Shown piece by piece: positions 33,060 to 54,172 of a DNA stretch of 64,000 bases; the first letter of the stretch is position 1; every line of letters begins with the position of its first letter. Made by a program: the position numbers and the translations under genes. Source of the stretch: the human T2T-CHM13v2.0 reference genome, Homo sapiens; assembly GCF_009914755.1 (NCBI RefSeq), contig NC_060930.1; one strand, written 5' to 3'. The notes beneath the pieces were generated by a model. It saw nothing but the letters and a program-made list of their open reading frames with translations, was not told the origin of the DNA and ran no database searches.

Positions 33060-33520
33060 GGTGTTTGAGTTTCTGTTTGTTTCTATCACTTGCCCATTAA
33101 CTCTCTGATGCTGCTGTATCTCACTGGAAACTACATCTGCCAGGTTTCCTTGCTCTCTAGTTTCCAGTAGATTTGTCCAATGGGTGTCACTGATGGACGA
33201 TCATGATGGGGCCAGAGTATTTCTCTTCTATTTTGTTTCCTGGGGCTTCTCCAGCCTCCTTGGTACTTTGACTTTAGTCCTACCACAGAGCCTTTCTCCT
33301 GGTGGTCTCAATTCTTGCCTTACCAGCCTGCGCTCTCCCTGCTTGACTCCAGCATCACCTCTTCCCTTTGTTCCTAGAGGACAGAGGTGGCAACTTTCTG
33401 CTGCAGCTTATCTGTGGGTTGCCCTCACCCCCTCTCTTGGGTTTCTCAACTCTTTCATCACCTGTTTATCTAATTACCTCTATTTAATTCCTTCTATATG
33501 AAATCCCTAGAGTGGACTGT
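33060..33520. mobile_element. Old ERVL LTR (LTR33-like)
   Basis: GGAAACTACAT...CTTGCTCTCTAGTTTCCAGTAGATTTGTCCAATGGG...TATTTAATTCCTTCTATATGAAATCCCTAGAGTGG. Confidence 0.5.
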
Positions 33521-34628
33521 ACTTGTACACTGACAAACAGTAGGATTGAATGAACATTGGCCTTTCCTGAGCAACTCATGTACAGAGAGCACGGTTTGGA
33601 GTGTTTGCTAGTCCTAAATGTCAGACTTGGTCCTCATGCTGCTGGAAATTTAGAGGATGGTCACTTCTTCAGGATGTACCTTCACCACTCTGGGCTTAAG
33701 TTTCTTGTTTTGTAAAGTGGGAGGATTTGTGATATCTGTGGTCCCTTAAATCTCTGAATATTAGGGACTCTAGAATTTTTCCATAAGGAAGGTTTAGGAA
33801 CTGCATGCTGATTGAGAAGTGGTGGAAGCATTTTATATGAGACTAGCGTGGGACGGTGAGGAGAATAGTAAAAAATAAGAAGGAAAGGAACAGAAAACCC
33901 AAAACCCTAAATTGTCCATATTCCAGAAGGTAAGTGCCACTGGTGGACACTATGAAGAAAGCTAACATGAATCATGCCATGACTTCATAAAATAAGTACA
34001 TTATCTCACAAATCGCTTCCTGTTTTATATTCCACTCCCTGCTTTCTACCTCACCCCCAAATCAAGGAAGGGTGCTTAGGAATAAAGTTCTAGCCTGGGC
34101 AACATGGCAAAACTCTGCCTCTACAAAAAATACAAAACTTAACAGGGCATGGTGGCATTCACTTGTGATCCCAGTTTCTCTGGAGGCTAAAGTGAGAGGA
34201 TTACTTGAGCCCAAGGGGCGGAGGCTGAAATGAGCCGAGATCATTCCACTACGATCCAGCCTGGGCAATGGGAGTGAGACTCTGTCTCGGGGGGAAAAAT
34301 AGAATAAAGTTAACAAACAGGAAAATAACATCTTGTTGGACTTGGGATAACAATAATTTACAAAGAATGGTAGAATTCGTTACTAGAAAAGTCTCATGAA
34401 GAGAGGCAGCTATCTTAGCTGTAAGACCATGGGCAATTGACATCTTTGGGCATGATTTTGTTTTCTGAAAAATGGTTTTAAGAGTATAAGGGTTATTATA
34501 AGGACTGAGTATTTGTCAAGTGCTTAGAACAGTATCTAGCACATAGTATCTACTCTATAGTAAATTTCATGAATATATTGCAATAGTCTAAATTGTCATC
34601 CACTACACTTATATTGTAACTGACATAA

Positions 34629-34925
34629 TTTTTTTTTTTGAACATGGAGTCTTGGTCTGTCACCCAGGCTGGAGTACAGTGGCACAATCTTTGTTCACTG
34701 TAACCTCTTCCTCCTAGGTTCAAGCAATTCTTCTGCCTCAGCCTCCCTAGTAGCTGGAATTATAGGCGTGCACCACCACACCCAGCTAATTGTTTTTGTA
34801 TTTTTAGTAGAGACCGGGTTTCATCATGTTGGCCAGGCTGGTCTCAAACTCCTTACCTTAGATGATCTGCCCACCTCGGTCTCCCAAAGTTCTGGGATTA
34901 CAGGCATAAGCCACCGTGCCTGGCC
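34629..34925 (-). mobile_element. Alu (a partial + strand Alu lies at ~34090-34300)
   Basis: Reverse dimer; TAACTGACA on both flanks. Confidence 0.9.
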
Positions 34926-35650
34926 ATAACTGACAAAAATTAAACAGGTATATTATACTGAAAACATGTTCCTCCATTAGTAGTTCTAAGCAAACGTGCC
35001 TCCAAAGGCCAAGGAAACTGAGAGGCATAAGAAGGATGATGAAAAATCAAGAAAGAAAATTTTAATAGGGACTTATAAACAGAAGCCATGTCTTCCATGG
35101 CATGTAGACAACTTGGTGAATTTGCCTACCTGCCATTACCCCACCCCAAACCCCAGGGCTTATAGATCACAGGGAATTTGCCTAAGGGCAGGATTTATAG
35201 TAAGTATGTGTTTACAATAATATCAAGATTGTTTTGACTTAAGGGCAGGATTTATGGTAAGTACAGGGAAGTAGAAATCTTAGAGGCATTCCCAGAACTG
35301 GGATTATTTAGAAGTCAATACAGCAGATTAGCATCTAAGATTGAGTTACTTTAGTCTCCACACTAGAAATTCAGAGACTTCATGTAACAGCAACTATGAT
35401 TAAAAAAAAAAAAAAAAAAAAGGCTGGTGATCACCTAGAAAATAGAATGATGAATTGTTCACTGTATCTTTTCCACAGAGCAGAACGCAGTACACAAGTG
35501 TCCCTGGGATAGAGGAGCCGATTGGTCAGGAGACCACTGCTTGATGAAAATGTCTTTTATTACAACTCTATGCACAGAAATTATCTTCTAATTTGTATCT
35601 TTGCCTCCAGACCAGAATGTAATGCAATAAACACATCTCTAATACATATA

Positions 35651-35971
35651 TTTTTTTTTTTGAGACGGAGTCTTGCTCTGTCGCCCAGGCTGGAGTGCAG
35701 TGGCGCGATCTCAGCTCACCGGAAACTCTGCCTCCTGGGTTCACGCCATTCTCCTGCCTCAGCCTCCTGAGTAGCTGGGACTACAGGCTCCCGCCACCAC
35801 GCCCGGCTAATTTTTTGTATTTTTAGTAGAGACGGTGTTTCACCTGGTTAGCCAGGATGGTCTCGATCTCCTGACCTCGTGATCCGCCCGCCTCAGCCTC
35901 CCAAAGTGCTAGGATTATAGGCGTCAGCCACCGCGCCCGGCTCTGATACAAATTTTTTAAAATTTTTATTT

Positions 35972-36018
<47 letters not shown>

Positions 36019-36307
36019 TTATTTTTGAGACGGAGTCTCGCTCTGTCGCCCGGGCTGCAGTGCAGTGGCGCGATCTCGGCTCACTACAAGCTCCGCCTCC
36101 CAGGTTCACGCCATTCTCCTGCCTCAGCCTCCTGAGTAGCTGGGACTACAGGCGCCCACCACCGCGCCCAGCTAATTTTTTGTATTTTTAGTAGAGACGG
36201 GGTTTCACCGTGTTAGCCAGGATGGTCTCGATCTCCTGACCTTGTGATCCGCCCGCCTCGGCCTCCCAAAGTGCTGGGATTACAGGCGTGAGCCACCGCG
36301 CCCGGCC
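35651..36307 (-). mobile_element. Two tandem AluY-like elements
   Basis: Both carry CACGCCATTCTCC and TTAGCCAGGATGG diagnostics; the second has a (TTTA)n tail. Confidence 0.93.
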
Positions 36308-37019
36308 TTCTGATACAAATTTTTAATATGAAGTGTATCTTTCATTATAAATTGATAAAGTAATGGTATGGCTTATAAACCTATCTCATGTGAATTTAGG
36401 TTTGAATAATCATAGTAATAGATATTCTTACTATGTGCAAGACATTGTTATAAGCACTTCAAAAATATTGTCTACTCCTACCAACAATCCTACTAAAGTA
36501 GGTAATAGTTGTAACCGTTAAGTTTTTGCCAAGCTATATAAAAACTCCCCACATCTTGGTGGATAATAACAAGAAGGGTTATTTCAGGCCCAAATTCTAT
36601 TTCTGTATGGATCAGCAATGGCTCTGCTCCATATTTTCTTCATAGACAGACCCAGGCTGAGAGAAACTGACATAAAGGGATCTCAATGCTCTTAAAGATT
36701 CTGCAGGAAAGTAGACACATGGTACTTCTACTCATATTTTATTGACCAAAGCAACTCACTTACAAAGACTTATGTGTAGTAGGAAAGAGTGTTCCTTACA
36801 TGGAGAGGAATATAGTAAACCCATATCAATGGGCAAGGATATATAATACTCCCAAAAAGGGCAGTAAAATCATGGGAGCAATAGTACAATTTACTACATA
36901 TTCTTATCTAAATTTTAGGCATGAGAAAATTGAGAAATAGAGTTTAGGAAGTTTCTTAAAGTCACCTAGTAAACAATACAGGATTGAGATTGAAATGGAG
37001 TGGTCTGTCTCCATAACTC

Positions 37020-37540
37020 TGATACCCAGACTCCAAGATGGCTCAGTAAATTCTCACCTTCTAGTATTCACAGACTTGTATATCTTGTGTATCTCACTCC
37101 CAAATTGGATAGCTCTGACCTATGAAACTAATAAATATTGTGACTCCCAAGAGGTTAAGTCATAAATGATATCATGACTTCTGTTTTGCTGTCTCTTGAA
37201 TCACTCTGGAGGAAGCCAGCTGCCATATATTGAACCCTTGTGTAGCCCTACAAAAGATGTCATGTGCCAAGGAACGGAAGTCTTCTGCTAATAGCCAACA
37301 TCAGCTTTCTAGCCAGGTAAGCCATCTGGGAATTTTCCAGTCCCATTCTTCAGCTTAAGTCTGCAGATGACTAAAGTCCCAGCAAATAGCTTGCCTCCAA
37401 TCTCATGACAGATCCCGTGTTGAAACTACAGTTCACTCACCCTCAAATTCCTGAATCATGGAAACCATGTGACATAATGAATTTTTCCTATTATTTTAAG
37501 CCACTAAATTTTGGGACAACTTGTTATGTAGCAATAGAGT
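37020..37540 (+). mobile_element. MLT1 LTR (MLT1F-like)
   Basis: AAGATGGC...CTAGTATTCAC...GGAAGCCAGCTGCCAT...TTTAAGCCACTAAATTTTGGG...TTGTTATGTAGCAATAG. Confidence 0.7.
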
Positions 37541-38570
37541 CTATACCAGAGTCAATCTGTTTAAACACTATGCCAAGCTGCCACTCCATATAAATTAGTG
37601 ATCATGTGTAAACAGATAATCCTTACATTTACAAACCAGCAAATTCATTTAATATAAGGGGGATGGAAAGGAAAAAGTAAAGAGATATTGAGGAAACAAT
37701 AACAGGAAGTATCATAGATAAAGAGAGAAACTGAAAAACTGAAGATACACAAGAAGGCCAAATGCAATGTGTTCATTAAACCACCTCTTCCAAAGACAGA
37801 GGCCAGAACTTTGAATAAATAGATGCTGAAGAGATTCTTTGAAAAAATGATTATAGGTTCAATGTTAAAGTGAATGGAAAGGTTGCCAATATCTCCAAAA
37901 CCAATGTTTTTCACCCTGCCGCCTATAACATAGTATTTCTTCAGTATTCTGATTGCTATTCATGAAGACAATTTAGTTGGTTGTGATCAGCTTTACTGAA
38001 ATTAGAGAGGGGAAGGGAGAAGAGGGGAAAGGTGAGGAAGGGAGGAGAGGAATGCCCAAACATGGTCTCCACGTGCATCTTGGCTTTCACAGACCACAGT
38101 GGCCTCAGAATCATCAAATTTCTTATGAGATAGTTTAGAGACACAAGCCTGAAGAGTCAACAAAATTAAATAGGCCAGGTTATACAACCATGAGAATGTC
38201 CATGAGGAGTAGACTAGATAAGTAAATACATGGAGCCAAATTTATAATATAGAACAGCAATGCAAATCAACAAAATTGAGCTTTCTGCATCAATATAATA
38301 AAGAGGAATGGATCCTAGTGAAGGAAAAAAAGAGCAAGGCACACAATAATACACTATGATTTCACATATATGAATTTCAGAAACAGGACAAACTGAATCA
38401 TACTGTTCATGGATACATATGTACATATACCTATAAAGAAAAAAAACTAGAAAATGATTTTAATAAAAGTTCAGATAATGGAGAGAAGGAGAGTACAAAG
38501 GGAATAGTATCTGGATGTCCAGGACACTAAGCAGACATTTTTTAAAAAATAAACTTTATCATATTTTTAA

Positions 38571-41270
<2,700 letters not shown>

Positions 41271-43300
41271 TAGGTTAACTTTTATCTTCTTCCCTCCCTT
41301 AAATGTTACTATGTTATTAAGTTAATACAGCTTGGTTTATTTGTTTCATTCCTTGTATTCCATTTTGTATCCCCCATTTCTATCAGTTTTAATCGTTTGT
41401 TTAATAGTTTATTTTGCTGGCATATGAAACATTACTATAGTTGTAAGGGTCACTTATATGAAAAGGTATAGTCAAAAAAGTGTCATTCCCTTCTTATCCT
41501 TACTGTTTTTTCCCATTCCCCCTTCTTTCCACCTGTTTCTTTCTCATCCACCTCCCATAGGTAGTCAATGATTTTTAGTTTTTGGTTTAGTTTTCTATAT
41601 TTCTTTTGCACAAATGAATAGAAAATTGTCTGTTTTCTTATACTCCCTTCTTTCTCAGCAAAGGTCATTATATTAAGTATATTCTTTTGGACTTTGCCTT
41701 ATCACTTAAATGTATATCCTGGAATTGATACTAGTTCATAGAGATCTTAGTCATTTTTGTAGCTGCATATTACTGCACTGTGTAAATGCATCCTACTTTA
41801 TCCAACCACTCTCTTATGTGGGGCATTAAAGTTTTTTGAAATATTTTATAATTCCAAACATTGCTGTGATGAATAACCATGGGTGTGCAAACCACAGTGT
41901 TAATTATTGACTTAAGTAAAAAGGAAACAATGTTGAAGATACTATATAGTCCATCTGTCTAGCATAAAGCACCTCTTTTCCAAACTCTATCTTTAATGAA
42001 ACAATCATGGTAACATCATATTAAAATACAGAAATTCAGAATTAAGCTCTTTGACTGCAGAACTGTGAGGTAAAAGCAACCAAGCACAATCTTCTCTTTT
42101 ATTTCAACTTTTCTGCAAATCACATTGTTCCCCTTAGTTCATAGTCATATTTGTAGCTGCATATTACTGCTATCATGTCCAAAATAAAAACAATTAGAGT
42201 GTCCCCCATTTTCCACCACTCAGGGTACCTTAGAGACTTTAAAAATGTCAATGATATCAAATTACTTTCTTAGCTCATTAAAGAATAACATACTTGATAA
42301 TATTTTATGACTATAAAAGCTCAAGAAATTGCACAAGGAAGACATACTGTGGACATGTGAACAGGCACAGTAGAAATGTCTTTTACTAAGGGGCCTAACA
42401 CACCAAGATTTGTGTATATAACTAAAACTACATGCAACGAAAACTGGTATTTTATATTCTATTCTATTTCACTAAAAAGAGAAATATTTTGTCCTTGACA
42501 ACTAAACTGATTTCACAACTTTTCATGCTTGTTCAGACCTGTAGTTTGAGAAAACACTGTTTAATAAGCATACATGCTTTGAAGTAAAACCAACGTGTGC
42601 TGGAATCTGCAATGTACCTCTTACCAACAGTTTTCTCAAGAGAACTTGTTAACCTCTGCATGTCCATTTCCTACTTTGTAAAGTAGAAATACTATCCATA
42701 ACAGAGGATTGTTACACTGACTAAGTAAGAATGCAGGTAACTCAGGCTGCAGCCCAGTTGTGGGGGAAAAAAAATTTCAGATAGCATGTAGTACAGTAGC
42801 CAACAAATGGGAAGGATGACTATCATTAAAAATGATAAAATGGATAAGGAATGTAGATGCTGTACTAGAGGATTCAAGTAGTCCATAAGCAGCCAAGGTT
42901 CAGTCTACCTTCTGTGGTTGGAAAATAATGACTCATTGGATGCTTAACTTTAGTTACTCTCCTTTCTCCTTCTTCAGCCCACTATAGTGGCCAGCCAGGT
43001 GTGAATCAAAGGAAGTCAAGATTGGACTAATGCTGTCCCCGTCTTTCCAATATATGGTCATATTCAGCATGGATATCTTTTCTAAGATCTCACAGACACG
43101 CCCAGAAATCCCTGGGAGAACTCACGTGACAGGAAGCACATTTGCCCTATTGGTCATCTCTAGTGAGTTCAGCAGAGTTGCCAAACTTGGCTCGGCATAA
43201 GAGTGGCATGAGAAAACTGATAAATATTCAGATTCTGAGGACCTACTGAAGAGTTATTATGTCAGAATAATCTTGAGCAAGGCCTCAGAATCTATGTTTA

Positions 43301-45124
<1,824 letters not shown>

Positions 45125-45993
45125 AGAAATAATTCTTTTGGTTGGGCTTTCATTGCCAGCTTACATACACTCTTCTTGATTGGGCAACTACCTAAAGAAA
45201 TTCACTCAGACATTGTTCAAAGGATGTTTTCAGAGGGCAATGATTTATAATAGCTTAGATAGACTCTCAAAGCTCTACTTCTGAGATCGAAATTTGAACT
45301 TGTCGTTTAATCACTACATGTCACTTATTTTTCTTTCTATTGAGCTCTGGGAAGCATTGGAATACAATCTTCAGGGGGATTGAAACCATACGTGGTGAGT
45401 GGACTAGTCATTCCTCAACTATTCAGTAATAATAGGGGCTGGGTTTCACTAATAATGGGAGTAGATGTTTCAATCTACGTTTCTTATTTATTTTGCCTTA
45501 TCATCAATGCTTGAATTTCAGCTCTAAGCTACTTTATTGCAATTTGGTTCTGAAGCATATGCCAAAAGCACTCAGCAAGGCTGCAGACAAATGCTTTAAA
45601 GTAAAGTGCACCTCCACTTCCAGTGACTTTATGAACATCACATTTGAAAATTAATCCTTTTTCATCTCTGTACCCTGAGTACATTTTGGACTTCCCTTCG
45701 TTCCCAAATACCCTGAATTCAAGGTATCTCAATCCATGGAGCAATTGTCCAGAGGAAGAGAGAAGCAACAGCCCCGCCCCCAACCCTTGGGAGCAGAAAG
45801 GGAAAGAATTATCCAAAGAATTGTTTAAAAACTCAGATGTAGCGGACAGATGTAAAACCATGGCTGTATAGATTGATGTCCCAGGGGTCCAAAACTTAAT
45901 CTCAAATGGGCAATAATTTGTTTGGCATTAAACTAAACCAGTTTGATGAACTCAAATGCCCTCGGCTCAATAGGCAGGACTCTCCGAGGAGCC

Positions 45994-46440
45994 TGTGTTA
46001 CTTCCCTCACTTAAGTGCAGATTTGTAATAAAAATCTTAATGCCAGTGGCATGCTTTTTGGATATATAAGAAGCTAACCACTTGGAGTATCATATTTGAG
46101 AGGTCAGAAAAGTCCACAGTTAAAGATCGGTTTATAATTTACGAAGAAAATAGAAAGTTTTGTTTCTCTGAGTTGAAATTTGCCAAGCACGGCGGGAAAT
46201 ATTGCAAGTTTTTGGCACAAGGCTTTGTGCTTCCCTTATAATTTGAGATCTGCGTGAAGCCTGAGGGTTCGGGGATCATTATCTGAGAAAAACCGGGCAG
46301 TTCGGTGTAGACAATTTTTATATTTTTGGCTTTTTTTGAGGTGTAACAAACACAACTCGGGATCCGAGAGGACACTCTGCGGCTGCCAGCGAGGCGGGCT
46401 GGACAGCGCACCAATCACGGCGCAGCTCCGCCCTATATAA
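45994..46440 (+). promoter_or_regulatory. Main-type H1 promoter
   Basis: TG box TGTGTTA 45994-46000, H1 box AAACACA 46348-46354, GC box ~46391-46399, CCAAT 46411-46415, TATATAA 46434-46440. Confidence 0.9.
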
Positions 46441-46526
46441 ACGGGCGGGCGCAGCGCCGCGGCTCGAGTCCCGGCCAGTGCCTCTGCTTCCGGCTCGAAT
46501 TGCTCTCGCTCACGCTTGCCTTCAAC

Positions 46527-47186
46527 ATGTCCGAGACTGCGCCTGCCGCGCCCGCTGCTCCGGCCCCTGCCGAGAAGACTCCCGTGAAGAAGAAGGCCCG
46601 CAAGTCTGCAGGTGCGGCCAAGCGCAAAGCGTCTGGGCCCCCGGTGTCCGAGCTCATTACTAAAGCTGTTGCCGCCTCCAAGGAGCGCAGCGGCGTATCT
46701 TTGGCCGCTCTCAAGAAAGCGCTGGCAGCCGCTGGCTATGACGTGGAGAAGAACAACAGCCGCATCAAGCTGGGTCTCAAGAGCCTGGTGAGCAAGGGCA
46801 CCCTGGTGCAGACCAAGGGCACCGGCGCGTCGGGTTCCTTCAAACTCAACAAGAAGGCGGCCTCTGGGGAAGCCAAGCCTAAGGCTAAAAAGGCAGGCGC
46901 GGCCAAGGCCAAGAAGCCAGCAGGAGCGGCGAAGAAGCCCAAGAAGGCGACGGGGGCGGCCACCCCCAAGAAGAGCGCCAAGAAGACCCCAAAGAAGGCG
47001 AAGAAGCCGGCTGCAGCTGCTGGAGCCAAAAAAGCGAAAAGCCCGAAAAAGGCGAAAGCAGCCAAGCCAAAAAAGGCGCCCAAGAGCCCAGCGAAGGCCA
47101 AAGCAGTTAAACCCAAGGCGGCTAAACCAAAGACCGCCAAGCCCAAGGCAGCCAAGCCAAAGAAGGCGGCAGCCAAGAAAAAGTAG
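46527..47186 (+). CDS. H1-4: Linker histone H1.4 (219 aa)
   Basis: ATG at 46527 gives [54 protein letters not shown]...[10 protein letters not shown]: globular domain plus Lys/Ala-rich tail. Confidence 0.97.
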   Translation: MSETAPAAPAAPAPAEKTPVKKKARKSAGAAKRKASGPPVSELITKAVAASKERSGVSLAALKKALAAAGYDVEKNNSRIKLGLKSLVSKGTLVQTKGTGASGSFKLNKKAASGEAKPKAKKAGAAKAKKPAGAAKKPKKATGAATPKKSAKKTPKKAKKPAAAAGAKKAKSPKKAKAAKPKKAPKSPAKAKAVKPKAAKPKTAKPKAAKPKKAAAKKK

Positions 47187-47230
47187 AAAGTTCCTTTGGC
47201 CAACTGCTTAGAAGCCCAACACAACCCAAA

Positions 47231-47272
47231 GGCTCTTTTCAGAGCCACCCACCGCTCTCAGTAAAAGAGCTG
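47231..47272 (+). terminator. Histone stem-loop and HDE of H1-4
   Basis: GGCTCTTTTCAGAGCC 47231-47246 plus ACCCA; AAAAGAGCTG 47263-47272. Confidence 0.97.
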
Positions 47273-48049
47273 TTGCACTATTAGGGGGCGTGGCTCGGGA
47301 AAACGCTGCTAAGCAGGGGCGGGTCTCCCGGGAACAAAGTCGGGGAGAGGAGTGGGATTTTGTGTGTCTCCGGAGCTATTTTTGACTAAGGCGTCGCGTC
47401 GCCCAAGCCGGAGTGCAGTGGCGTCATCTCGATTTTGCGTTCTCGAGTGTCGGAGTTGAACCCATTTGGGCCTCCCTTGTGCTTTGCACTTTTAGCAGGC
47501 CCTGGCCTCCAGATAGCATGGGAAAAAAAATGTTGGGATTTTCCCGGGTTTCTAAGCTGGGTTTTTCCGAGTTCCAAACACGGCACAGTGTATCAGTTTC
47601 TGTGCTGGTTACAAGCCTACTGGTTATCCCTATCGAGTATGGCAGGCAGTGAGGGACTTCAGAGGAGTACGTCTTAGGACAAGTGGCATAGTACTGACAT
47701 TATTTCCGAAGGGCTACATTTCAAGTGCTTGGGGAGACTACTGCCACATAACTGAAAATTAGAAACCGACACTGCAGAAAAATACTTGGTCCTTAAATGT
47801 GGCATTTGGATGGATTAAGGACTTGCCGAAACGTAAAACTGACAGACTTGGGGGGGGGGGATGTCCCAATTAGCACGGCTTCTGTATGCAACGAGTCCCA
47901 TACTTTGTTAAAGGAAGAAAGGAATGTGAGTTCTCCTAATCTGTTAAGTATCTTTCGGTGTAAGTTCTGACACCACAATGTTAAAAAAGTCGGATCTCAA
48001 AAACCAACTGCTCCAAGCGAAGTGCACAGCTGTCTTGCCTAAAGAGGCC

Positions 48050-48686
<637 letters not shown>

Positions 48687-48722
48687 CTTTGCCAAGTAAG
48701 CATCTTTACACCTAATCCCAAA

Positions 48723-48763
48723 GGCTCTTTTAAGAGCCACGCATGTTTTCAATAAATGAGTTG
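48723..48763 (+). terminator. Histone stem-loop and HDE of H2BC5
   Basis: GGCTCTTTTAAGAGCC 48723-48738; HDE-like AATAAATGAGTTG 48751-48763. Confidence 0.92.
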
Positions 48764-49376
48764 TAATCATTTCATTCAAAAGGGGGGTTATTGGACTTAG
48801 CACCACAGTACCAATCTTTAATGTTACGTTAGTACTGCAGAGGAAATAACTTGGAAGTTACAGGGAATAACAATAGGTACTAGAAATTGAGTGCTATGGG
48901 TACGTATTAGATCGTTAGCTCATTTAGTATCACATAACACTAGCATAAACTGAAAGTATTGTAAATGTACAGCTCTTTGGTTTCCGTGTGCAGATTTCCA
49001 AGTTGATCGTGATGTTGATCCGGGACTCGGTGTGGTGACGGCCCGCCCTGAGCACGAAAGTGCACGCTCTTGACAACTTCCTTATGTTTGGAGCTTTCTC
49101 CACCACCACCCCCGCCCATTTTCTTGTAAAATTTTTACCATGCAGATATGTAATAACTGCAAGTAAAGGCTGAAGACAATGTGAGCTGAACACGGAACTA
49201 TTACAAAGGTTTCTGATTTGTTTTGTAATTGGGCCAGTTTCTGTCTGAAGCTCTTAAGCGAGTGGGGCAGGGAAAGGCGGATCCTAGGCGCTGAGGTGCA
49301 GGAAAAAGAAGCAGCTTCTGAGACACCTTAAAATTCTTTTGCTAAACCGTCTTTTTCTGAAAGTCATTTAATTTAT

Positions 49377-49408
<32 letters not shown>

Positions 49409-50555
49409 GGCAGCTTTCAGGTTAAAAGTCCTCCGGGTAACGGCAGAAACCAAATAGTCAATCATTAAGGTGCCTGACTGCACGTAGGCAATAGTTATCG
49501 CAGGACTGAAGCCCCCTTTGCAGTACAATTTATCCTTTCCTAGATGCCCCTGAGTACGGAGGACTGGAGGAGGTAGAAAGGGAAAGAAAACCTCCTTCTG
49601 GCAGGATGTAGCTTCTGCTGCACAAGGTAGGATGATGACAAAAGGTTTTCACTGCTGGGGAATGGATGATTGCGGGAGAAAAAGAATCTCGGAAAAGAGT
49701 CGGGAGGGAACTAGGAGGGAGTGGCCAGAAGGAAAGGAACAAATACTTGAGACGTGAAAAATGTGAGATGGATGAGGCTAGGTTTGGAGTCAAATGTTGG
49801 CTGAGAGGGAGAATTTAAGTGATGGATGGATGATCATTGTCTAAAAGAGGAATGAATTTAGAAGTTTGTCCTCATGCCCTCATAAACAAACACGAAATGA
49901 TGGATTATGGGATACATTTTCCATAACATGGCAAGCGTGGTACTTGGACGGATAAATAAAAGCCTGAGTAATATTTTCTAAATTCTTAAAAGTAAGAAAG
50001 AGGGTCTAAGAAAGTAAACTCAGAGCCAGGGACTTGGCCCATGTTAAACCCCAAGCACTACAGCTGGCTTTTACTCAACCCGTGGAAACTGACCAGGGTA
50101 TAGAGCCTGATATATCTTCTTAGGTGAAGGTGAGACACCAGACCTAAATCTGTCATCTCAAGAGTAGAAGGATGAACCACACATACAAACCCATCACAGA
50201 TGAATGCAAATAAAAAAGTCAGCTCCGAAGTTGGGTTCTGAGCAGTGTAGATTCTACTGCTAAGGCTTGGACTACAAGCCATCGATGCTTACTTGTTCCT
50301 GGCATTCATACCATAGGGATTCAAACACCCAAGCTGAGAATTTAATTTAGGCATATCCCAGGCTGGTTTTGTGCCCCTGAGCACCCGGTAGAAACAAATA
50401 CAAGTCATCTCTGGAAAAGAAGCTTCATTTTACACCTCAACAAATTGCCACAGCTAAAATATCCCCCCAAAAATGCACAAGGAGCTTCACAATCTAAATT
50501 AAACATCATGAAACTAGAAGTATGACTAATGAAAACAAAAGCAACAGACAATGGG

Positions 50556-54172
<3,617 letters not shown>

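Noticed and set aside
46500-46526. TTG-initiated extension of H1-4
   Set aside because: Artefact of alternative start codons in the track; the canonical MSETAP start is at 46527.
46736-47248. 170-aa antisense ORF over H1-4, and antisense ORFs over H2B/H2A (13663-14082, 48420-48806, 14497-14688)
   Set aside because: Shadow ORFs expected from GC-rich, biased histone codon usage; no independent signals.
47780-48030. Possible decayed H2A coding relic downstream of the orphan TATA
   Set aside because: No convincing SGRGK or AGLQFPVGR-like sequence on the minus strand.
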